From a virus (lineage: Duplodnaviria; Caudoviricetes): DNA of 31,091 nt. The notes beneath the pieces were generated by a model. That model was not told the DNA's origin. It did no database searches and worked only from the letters and a program-made list of their open reading frames with translations. Both the position numbers and the translations under genes were made by a program. Positions 1 to 6,941 of the stretch are shown here, in pieces (position 1 is the stretch's first letter; every line of letters starts with the position of its first letter). The stretch covers positions 1 through 31,091 of IMG/VR virus record IMGVR_UViG_3300030433_001277. The stretch is one strand, 5' to 3'.

Positions 1-1
1 C

Positions 2-88
2 AGGATTCACGTACCAGTCGGCTTGAGCAGGAGATGCCAGCACAGCTGCTGAAACGGCGACACCACTCGCAATGAGAAGTTTGAACAT
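2..88 (-). CDS. Exported protein with Sec signal peptide (3' truncated by window edge)
   Basis: MFKLLIASGVAVSAAVLASPAQA-DWYVNP: basic N-region, hydrophobic core and A-X-A cleavage site; starts 11 nt after the previous stop. Confidence 0.7.
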   Translation of the reverse strand, partial: MFKLLIASGVAVSAAVLASPAQADWYVNP

Positions 89-99
89 TGGAAAGAGGA

Positions 100-225
100 T
101 TAACGTTTTCCCTGGCCACGATACTTCTTTCGTCCATGGGACGGTTTGGAATGTGATCCATCACCTTGACGAGTCTTTTTTGGCTTGCTAGGGACAAAAT
201 TTTGCCCGCTGATTGATTTAGCCAT
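100..225 (-). CDS. Small basic protein (41 aa, not in ORF track)
   Basis: MAKSISGQNFVPSKPKKTRQGDGSHSKPSHGRKKYRGQGKR; TGATG-coupled start; Lys/Arg-rich. Confidence 0.75.
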   Translation of the reverse strand: MAKSISGQNFVPSKPKKTRQGDGSHSKPSHGRKKYRGQGKR

Positions 226-416
226 CAGATGCCGTCAGTTGAAGTCAAGTTCTGATACTTCAGAGCCAAACCCGTGAACAGACCATATTGAGGGTGTGAC
301 ACTTGGTCACGGCCATCAAGGAAGTACAGCTCTTCAAGCCATAGCGTCCTAGCAGTCATGGCTTGCACGTCAGAAGCCCCCGGTTTGGCGGCGATCATCG
401 GGTCAGGGCGTTGCAT
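225..416 (-). CDS. Hypothetical phage protein (63 aa)
   Basis: TGATG coupling at both ends; motif WLEELYFLDGR....HP.YG.FTGL. Confidence 0.75.
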   Translation of the reverse strand: MQRPDPMIAAKPGASDVQAMTARTLWLEELYFLDGRDQVSHPQYGLFTGLALKYQNLTSTDGI

Positions 417-592
417 CACTCAGAATCAGCAGGTAGAGGTGTGTTGCCTTCGGCTAGCCAGGCTTGGTATTCAAGGTACTCAGGATTGTCTTCACCCTCT
501 GTTATGTAAAGAGGATTGAAGCCGTCTACAAGCTTGATGATGGCAACATTCCCAGGAAAGCCTGGTTCGTAGTAGGGCAGTTTGTAGTTCAT
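416..592 (-). CDS. Small tail fibre assembly-like protein (58 aa, not in ORF track)
   Basis: MNYKLPYYEPGFPGNVAIIKLVDGFNPLYITEGEDNPEYLEYQAWLAEGNTPLPADSE; ATGA overlap with the upstream stop; N.EY.EY.AWLAEGN.P.PA motif typical of fibre-associated small proteins. Confidence 0.8.
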   Translation of the reverse strand: MNYKLPYYEPGFPGNVAIIKLVDGFNPLYITEGEDNPEYLEYQAWLAEGNTPLPADSE

Positions 593-1743
593 AGCTCAGA
601 GTCAAAATTCAGAATAAGAACATCACTGCTATTACCGCCAGAGATTGGCCTTAGGTACACAGTATTGTTTGCAGATATGCTTCGTGTTGATTTAATGTCA
701 CAGCTGGATTTAGATGTGCGATTTATGACTGGATTTCCAGCATAGCCATTAGCGGAAAGCGTTCCTCCTGTAAATGAAAAATTTGGGTTAGCTCTCATTT
801 CGCACGGGAACTGGACAGAGGCATAAGCAACTCCAGAACCTTGTTGAAATCTCGTCATTACAATGTGCAATGGAGCTGACGAATTCCCTAAATCTATCTG
901 GTAGCGATAACGTTGACACCTAGCAAGCTCATCGCCGTAGCTTCTGTGCTCAAACGGTGTCGCCTTCTCGCCAACTTCTAGCTGGACGCCAGTAAAATCA
1001 AAAGTAGCCCCTGCTGTTGTGGCCCATGTGCTGGTCATGGTAGGAACGTAATCACCAGTATTAGTAAACCAAGTGTCTGCAGGGGCATTTGGACCTGCAT
1101 AAGTAGATCCATACCAAACAACAAATCTAACTACCAAGCCAATTTGAGTGTCATTATCAAATTGAAGAGATGAATCGCCTGGGATTTTTTGCTCAATTTT
1201 AGTCCAAGTGTTAGCTGTAAGAGCTATGGGGAAATAGCGAGCTTTTGAAGCGTCGCTAGAAAACAAATAGACATAATACGTTTGACTAACCGACGCTCTA
1301 ACCCAAGATGAAAAAGTTATATAACTGGTGCTGCTGGTGTAATTCCAACCAGAGCTTGCTACGTCTTGAGATTCGATTCTTTGATCAATTTCTCTATAAG
1401 TTGAAGCGCCAGCACTGGAGGCAGTGTCGTTTGCAAGCCTGCAATACTTTCTGAATCCGTAGCTATAAGGTGTGTCTGAAGACGTAAGCGATTGCTGGGA
1501 TCGTGTATTGGTATCGCTAGTCATTATTTTAAAGCGATCGACAGTCGCATAGCCCTGTGAAGTACTGCTTGTCCCACGCTGCGCCACTTGCATCGCACCG
1601 TTGATGATCAGGTTGCGATTGCTCAACGCACCAGCAGTCGGCAGCTGTTGACCGTCAATCTGAACGTGACCGCTGTTGTCAATCGCGATGCCACCATCAT
1701 CCGTGGAGGTGTTCTTGATTGAGTTGACCTTGATGGTGCTCAT
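589..1743 (-). CDS. Putative carbohydrate-binding tail / receptor-binding protein
   Basis: 384 aa; NRNLIINGAMQVAQRG...DRF and GVQLEVGEKATPFEHRSYGDELARCQRY flank a beta-rich, jelly-roll-like core. Confidence 0.75.
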   Translation of the reverse strand: MSTIKVNSIKNTSTDDGGIAIDNSGHVQIDGQQLPTAGALSNRNLIINGAMQVAQRGTSSTSQGYATVDRFKIMTSDTNTRSQQSLTSSDTPYSYGFRKYCRLANDTASSAGASTYREIDQRIESQDVASSGWNYTSSTSYITFSSWVRASVSQTYYVYLFSSDASKARYFPIALTANTWTKIEQKIPGDSSLQFDNDTQIGLVVRFVVWYGSTYAGPNAPADTWFTNTGDYVPTMTSTWATTAGATFDFTGVQLEVGEKATPFEHRSYGDELARCQRYRYQIDLGNSSAPLHIVMTRFQQGSGVAYASVQFPCEMRANPNFSFTGGTLSANGYAGNPVINRTSKSSCDIKSTRSISANNTVYLRPISGGNSSDVLILNFDSEL

Positions 1744-1745
1744 GA

Positions 1746-3098
1746 TCAGGCGGCCTCCAGTGCTGCAACCTTGGTCTTAAGTGTATCTACCTCAGCAGAT
1801 AACTCCTTAATGGCATTGACCAGCACAGGAATTAGCTGGACATATTCCATCCCGAGCTTTGTGCGGTCACCTTCTTGGTGTCCATCAAGCTCCTCTAGCG
1901 TGTCGAAAACCGCTTCAGGAATAATCGACTCAACCTCTTGAGCGATGAAACCAAGCTTGTTTACGTCAGGATCGTCCTTAAGGGCGTACTGCTTAGGCTG
2001 AAGCTGTTTAACTTCAGCAAGACCGTAGCTTACGTTTGCGCCAACATTTTTCAGGCGCAAATCTGATGTTTGAGTACCTACAAGGCTTCCGCTAGTTGTG
2101 CCAATGTGGGAATTATTTGTTGAAGATCTTAATTTGTTTGAATTGTCAGTCCAGTAATAATTATCAGCCCCATCTTCTGCTTCTAGGTTCATAAATGGAC
2201 CAGGATTTACAATACCAGCGTGCTTATATATACCAAGGAATACTTGCCTCGATCCGCCTCCACTTGTGTTGCCATGAGCCCTAAGCATCGAGTATTGACC
2301 ATTAGCAAGCGAGTCTGATTGAACCCGCAACATGTTATGGCCAGATGATTTGTATGTCTCAAAAGTTGAATTAGTATCTTGATGAATACCGTTTGATGAG
2401 CTGCTGGTCCCAACCAATAACCGCCCTGAGCTATCTATCCGCACCCGCTCGGTGTTTGAAGCCCTGAAGCTGATGCCATAACCCGAGTATTCAGCACGAG
2501 CTTGAACAATTAGGCTTCCATACGCTTGCCCGTGGCTTGTGCTCGAAGACGTATAGATTCCGGCGACATCTGGCAATGTGCCGCCAACATAGCCTGCGGC
2601 TATACCGTGGTTTGAATCGCTTAGATGCAAAGTAGCGGCTGGGCTGCTTACTCCGATGCCCGCCTTTCCAGAGCTATCGATTCGCATCCGCTCTTGACCA
2701 GCTGCACCAAAGCGCAATGAATCTCCGTTGTGGTTGTATGCAACAAAGCCTCTATAGCTTGCACTACCAGTGCCATCACCAAAGTAAAGATTGGAATAGC
2801 TGCTTGTTCCAGCTTTAATAAGAATGCCAGTTTGACCAGTGCTTCCTACGACAAGGTTTCTGGCACCGCTGTCATAACTGCCTGGAGATGTTTCTCCAAT
2901 ACCAACCCGACCAGAGCTGTCTTCGACCATGCTGGAATACTCCAGCGTTCCAGCAGTGCCGCTATTTTTTAGAAACTGATTGGCAGACCCTGCGCTAGTC
3001 GGCAGCGTCAAAGTAATATCCGACCCAGATGGACTGGTGTCTGCTGGTGCGTCGAATGAAACGCTACCGTCGCTGCTGCCTTTCAGTTTGATGCTCAT
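1746..3098 (-). CDS. Tail fibre / receptor-binding protein with C-terminal Peptidase_S74 chaperone
   Basis: RIDSSG junctions; TSDLRLKN...GFIAQEVE.IIPEAV...YVQLIPVLVNAIKEL and coiled coil. Confidence 0.88.
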   Translation of the reverse strand: MSIKLKGSSDGSVSFDAPADTSPSGSDITLTLPTSAGSANQFLKNSGTAGTLEYSSMVEDSSGRVGIGETSPGSYDSGARNLVVGSTGQTGILIKAGTSSYSNLYFGDGTGSASYRGFVAYNHNGDSLRFGAAGQERMRIDSSGKAGIGVSSPAATLHLSDSNHGIAAGYVGGTLPDVAGIYTSSSTSHGQAYGSLIVQARAEYSGYGISFRASNTERVRIDSSGRLLVGTSSSSNGIHQDTNSTFETYKSSGHNMLRVQSDSLANGQYSMLRAHGNTSGGGSRQVFLGIYKHAGIVNPGPFMNLEAEDGADNYYWTDNSNKLRSSTNNSHIGTTSGSLVGTQTSDLRLKNVGANVSYGLAEVKQLQPKQYALKDDPDVNKLGFIAQEVESIIPEAVFDTLEELDGHQEGDRTKLGMEYVQLIPVLVNAIKELSAEVDTLKTKVAALEAA

Positions 3099-3349
3099 TA
3101 TTCCGAAGGCTCAGACTCGGCAATAGAGGCATTGTAGGCAGCGATGACATCAGCGGTCCAGAGTGCTGCTGCGATGTCTTGCACTTCCTGCGCTTCACCA
3201 GTCACGTCCTGACCAGGAACAACAACATGGCGGTGATGACTGCGTCCCAGCTCAACACCATCCTCTTCAACCACAGTGGTGGTACGGATCTGAATGACCT
3301 GATTAGGCAGGATCTCTTCCTTGAGTTCAGTGCGCTTGGTGATAGCCAT
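3098..3349 (-). CDS. Small fibre-associated protein (possible chaperone)
   Basis: 83 aa with IQIRTTT..EEDGVELGRSHHRHVV.PG and EVQDIAAALWT; follows the 289-aa fibre; TAATG overlap with the next gene. Confidence 0.75.
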   Translation of the reverse strand: MAITKRTELKEEILPNQVIQIRTTTVVEEDGVELGRSHHRHVVVPGQDVTGEAQEVQDIAAALWTADVIAAYNASIAESEPSE

Positions 3350-3415
3350 TAGGAACGTTCTCCGAACGAAACAGGTTTAGGCGTAGTTTTGAGCCGTTGC
3401 GGGCTTGAATTTAAC

Positions 3416-4285
3416 TTATGCGCAGAAATACGAAAAGGAAACAATCCAGTCATAAGTACCATTCACATCGTTGTATTTGACGGAATCAAAGGAGCTTCCT
3501 CCATTGGCCACATAAAAAGATACCAATGTGCCATTTCTCGGAATGTGAGTTGAAGCGGGACTAGAGTCAAACGATGTTCCTTGGTAAAAAACAATTCCTG
3601 TGTTCCCTGTAGCAGCAGTGCCTCCGCCTGTTGTTCCAGCCTCGGCAAATGGCAAGTCAAACGCAAGGGCCGCAGCAGTATTGATAGTGCCGGTCCACTG
3701 AACCCGTAAGTCGCAACGCACCAAGTTTCCAATTCTTGTATATCGACTGCACCTAGTGCTTTCACCAGTAAAACGGTCCGCCACACTTGAAAATGCATCG
3801 AACGTTCCTTCCTCATACTTGTCGAGAGCGTTTGCAGAAGCCGTATCGCCGCCAAAAGAAATACCACCGCCTGATTGGATTCGGAGCCGCTCTGCATCGT
3901 TGGCTCTAAAAACCATTGTGTTATCACTATGGCTATATGTAATTCCTCCAACATTTACATCAGCTGGATCTGCAAAATTTATAATACATTGTTGATCGGT
4001 GCCGCTAATAATAGTCATCCCAGCATGACCGCTATTTTCAATTACAAATTCATCAGCAGAAGCGCCAACAGATGATGCGCCAGAATCTGCAGTTCTAACG
4101 TGAAGTTTTCCAAGGGGCGCCGATTCTCCAATGCCAACATTTCCAGAGCTATTAACCGTTGCGCGTGCCGATCCACCAGTAACCAGCTTCAGCTCATTCG
4201 TTCCACACTGCAGACCTGTATCGGCGTCATCACCTGCATAAGCAGGTGCAGCTTCAGAGTTTGTGCCGTTTAGTTTGAGAGTCAT
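3416..4285 (-). CDS. Short tail fibre / receptor-binding protein
   Basis: 289 aa; NSSGNVGIG and ERLRI junctions; ALDKYEEGTF...YTRIGNLV C-terminal fibre-tip-like domain. Confidence 0.8.
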   Translation of the reverse strand: MTLKLNGTNSEAAPAYAGDDADTGLQCGTNELKLVTGGSARATVNSSGNVGIGESAPLGKLHVRTADSGASSVGASADEFVIENSGHAGMTIISGTDQQCIINFADPADVNVGGITYSHSDNTMVFRANDAERLRIQSGGGISFGGDTASANALDKYEEGTFDAFSSVADRFTGESTRCSRYTRIGNLVRCDLRVQWTGTINTAAALAFDLPFAEAGTTGGGTAATGNTGIVFYQGTSFDSSPASTHIPRNGTLVSFYVANGGSSFDSVKYNDVNGTYDWIVSFSYFCA

Positions 4286-4287
4286 AA

Positions 4288-6204
4288 TCAGAGAATGACG
4301 AGGATCGCACCAGACGGCACCGTAACTGTAGCTCCACTGTTAATCGTGGGCGAAACTGTAGTCCCGTGTTTACCAGCACCCAGCTCATAACTGGTGGTGA
4401 CGGTCTGGTCAGTTTCAACAACCCACGCATCCGAACCACCACCAGTTGCACCACCTCCAAGCGGTGCCCAACTGTTGCCGGTATAGCCCTCAAAAGCAGA
4501 GTCGGTTGTATTCCGACGAATCATGCCCTGGGCAGGGCTGCTGGGACGTTCAGCAGTTGTGCCGACAGGAATCGTCAGCGAACCAGTGCCAGTGATGTCG
4601 ACACCGTCTGCTGTGGTCTGAAATTTTTTAGTGTTGTCGTGATAAAGGCTTACGGCTGAATCTTCGTTGAATGTCGCAATAGTTTCGGTGTCAGCAGCAT
4701 TATTGACCCTAAGAAGATTGGTTCTAATTTTTAATTGGCCTGTACCGCTATCACGAATTACGCTTTCACTGCCATCGTGATAAATCTGCAGATCGCCGCC
4801 ATTTCCAAAGTTTGCTTTAATGCTGTCGTTAAAAGTTATGCCACCTGAAGTTTTTATATCAGCAACATCGCTGCGAAGGAACGAACTGCTATCTATGCCG
4901 TCCAGCGTTGCTGCATCAATGCCAAGAGCATCAATGTCTGATTTGGTCTGATCAGCAGTAGCGCCGGTCTCAATGCCATCAAGCTTGGTGCCGTCAGTTG
5001 CAACATCACGGCCATCAACAGTGCCGCCGACAGTGATGTTGTTAGTGACAGCAAGAGAGCCCAGCGTGCCAACACTGGTCAAGCTTGAACTAACAACGGC
5101 ACTGCCCAGGCTGGTTGCATCTAGAACCTTGGTGCCTGCAATGCGAAACTCCTTGCCCGATGCAATGTTGACGTGCTCAGAAAAATCCCAGCTATCACTG
5201 CTATTGGTCCACACAATTGTGTGATCGGTGGTGCCTTTCAGGATGATGCCGCCCCCGCTTGCACTGGTGTCAGACGGAGCATCAATTGTCGCTAGCTCAA
5301 TGTTCTTGTCATCCACCTGCAAAGTGGTGGAGTTGATGACGGTTTGAGTGCCATTAACAGTGAGGTTGCCAGCAATCGTCAGGTCATCAGACCATGTGAC
5401 ATCAGTGCCATCAGTCGTCAGGACTTGATTGGCAGTACCGTTCGCAAGCTTGCTAACTGCAATCTCAGCAGTAGAGCTGATGTTGGCGTTATCAATAACG
5501 CCAGCATCAATCGTCATCGACGACCCATTATTAGCGACAGTGATGTCACCTTTATCGCCGTCAGAAACTAGGCCAGCAGGACCTTGTGGTCCGGTGCTGC
5601 CATGAGGAATGCCGAAGTTAAATACTGCGGTGCTTGAGTTGCCCGAGTTAGTAACAGTCGCACTACTTCCAGCAGTCAGCGTGGTGACAGTACCAATAGA
5701 AATGCTGCCTGCAGGCCCTTGAGGACCAGTTGCGCCAGTCGCGCCGGTTGCGCCAGTCGCACCTGTAGCTCCAGTATCCCCAGTGTCGCCACGCGGGATG
5801 ACGAAATCAAAAGTTGCTGCGCCAGAGTTTCCACTGTTCGTGACAGTTGCATTAGACCCAGCGGCGCCAGTACCAACACTGCCAACAGCAATTGTTGCAG
5901 CAGCACCAGTTGCGCCAACAGGGCCTTGAGCGCCAGTTGCACCAGTTGCCCCTTGAGCGCCAGTTGCGCCCGTTGGGCCAGTAGCACCTGTAGCTCCAGT
6001 GGCTCCGGTTGCACCTCTAGGAATTGCAAAATCAAAAACAGCAGCACCAGAAGTGCCACTGTTTGTCACGGTTGCGCTGCTACCAGCAGCGCCAGTTGTG
6101 ACAGTTCCAACTGTCACAGTTGCCGCCAAACCTTGCGGACCGGTAGAGCCGGTGGTGACAGTGACGACCTTAGTGTTCGGATCCTTTACAACTGTGGTCG
6201 TCAT
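4288..6204 (-). CDS. Collagen-like tail fibre protein
   Basis: Gly-X-Y runs separated by three globular repeats; fibre motifs GNLTVNGT and DGTKLDGIE; C-terminal [15 protein letters not shown]...FEGY and [10 protein letters not shown] module. Confidence 0.85.
   Translation of the reverse strand: MTTTVVKDPNTKVVTVTTGSTGPQGLAATVTVGTVTTGAAGSSATVTNSGTSGAAVFDFAIPRGATGATGATGATGPTGATGAQGATGATGAQGPVGATGAAATIAVGSVGTGAAGSNATVTNSGNSGAATFDFVIPRGDTGDTGATGATGATGATGATGPQGPAGSISIGTVTTLTAGSSATVTNSGNSSTAVFNFGIPHGSTGPQGPAGLVSDGDKGDITVANNGSSMTIDAGVIDNANISSTAEIAVSKLANGTANQVLTTDGTDVTWSDDLTIAGNLTVNGTQTVINSTTLQVDDKNIELATIDAPSDTSASGGGIILKGTTDHTIVWTNSSDSWDFSEHVNIASGKEFRIAGTKVLDATSLGSAVVSSSLTSVGTLGSLAVTNNITVGGTVDGRDVATDGTKLDGIETGATADQTKSDIDALGIDAATLDGIDSSSFLRSDVADIKTSGGITFNDSIKANFGNGGDLQIYHDGSESVIRDSGTGQLKIRTNLLRVNNAADTETIATFNEDSAVSLYHDNTKKFQTTADGVDITGTGSLTIPVGTTAERPSSPAQGMIRRNTTDSAFEGYTGNSWAPLGGGATGGGSDAWVVETDQTVTTSYELGAGKHGTTVSPTINSGATVTVPSGAILVIL
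5570..6126 (-). repeat. Collagen (Gly-X-Y)n tracts alternating with three ~38-aa T-VG-V-T...ATVTNSG-S..A-FDF-IP-G repeats
   Basis: Read from the translation; exact DNA duplicates CCTTGAGCGCCAGTTGC at 5924 and 5951, and GCACCTGTAGCTCCAGT at 5759 and 5984. Confidence 0.9.
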
Positions 6205-6542
6205 GCCGTGTAACCCTGCGCAACGGTGATTACACCCTCAAGATAGTACTGACGCAAGCCAGTCGAATCTTCAATCAAGACGTCGTAGTACAGAACGTCA
6301 GGGAACTCAGTGGTTTGAGTATCGGTCAAGGACAAGGTGACCTTGCCCTGTGCCCGATTGTTGTACGCAACCGCAAAGTCAGCGTACTTCTGAGTCCTTT
6401 TCTGATTCCACGCTTGTGACAGCACGGTAGATCCAGTCAGATCAATCACCGTGGCAGGATCACCTTCCTTAAATTGGATTTCAAGTGAGAAATCAGCCCT
6501 GCGCTGCAAGGTGAAGTTGTAAGTGCCGGGATTGACTGACAT
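6201..6542 (-). CDS. Putative fibre attachment / baseplate adaptor protein (Ig-like)
   Basis: 113 aa with [32 protein letters not shown] and YLEG.I.V; strong RBS TAAGGAGG; 4-nt overlap with the collagen fibre gene. Confidence 0.7.
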   Translation of the reverse strand: MSVNPGTYNFTLQRRADFSLEIQFKEGDPATVIDLTGSTVLSQAWNQKRTQKYADFAVAYNNRAQGKVTLSLTDTQTTEFPDVLYYDVLIEDSTGLRQYYLEGVITVAQGYTA

Positions 6543-6560
6543 GGCAAGCCTCCTTAGGGC

Positions 6561-6566
6561 AGTTTA
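6561..6566 (-). promoter_or_regulatory. Putative -10-like element TAAACT
   Basis: 18 nt upstream of the ATG at 6542; same motif and spacing recur in other intergenic gaps. Confidence 0.45.
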
Positions 6567-6579
6567 GCCACTAAAAAGG

Positions 6580-6906
6580 TTAGGACCAAGGAATGCCAGA
6601 GCCAGTTGTTGGGGTGCGTTGCTCGTCAATCTGAGCCTGCAATGCAGCCTCAACTTCAGCAACCTTGTCTGCACCGCCAAGCTTGGCTTGTACAGCAGCA
6701 ACTGCCCAAGACTCAGTCAGGTCTGCATAAGGAGTCAGATCTGCATCGTCTTCAGGAAGGTCAAGACCCATGCTGCCGTAAGCACCAGATTCATAGGTGC
6801 CGTCGTTAGCGGTAACCGTGTAATGCACAGTCGTCACTGCTCCGTTGGAGAGTTGCCGATCCATGGTGCCAACGGCCCAAGTGAACGTTGTGGTGGGTGT
6901 AGACAT
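6580..6906 (-). CDS. Small fibre-associated protein (possible chaperone)
   Basis: 108 aa with TFTWAV, VHYTV, PYADLTE, LQAQIDEQRTP and GIPW; AAGGA RBS; directly follows the 969-aa fibre. Confidence 0.7.
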   Translation of the reverse strand: MSTPTTTFTWAVGTMDRQLSNGAVTTVHYTVTANDGTYESGAYGSMGLDLPEDDADLTPYADLTESWAVAAVQAKLGGADKVAEVEAALQAQIDEQRTPTTGSGIPWS

Positions 6907-6927
6907 TGGGAAAGTCCTTGCAGGTGA

Positions 6928-6933
6928 AGTTTA
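6928..6933 (-). promoter_or_regulatory. Putative -10-like element TAAACT
   Basis: 21 nt upstream of the ATG at 6906. Confidence 0.45.
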
Positions 6934-6941
6934 ACTGCTGA

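Noticed and set aside
3350-3418. Stop-codon read-through fusing the 289-aa fibre to the in-frame 83-aa gene
   Set aside because: The 66-nt gap is in frame but contains a second TAA (GCC TAA), so two read-through events would be needed.
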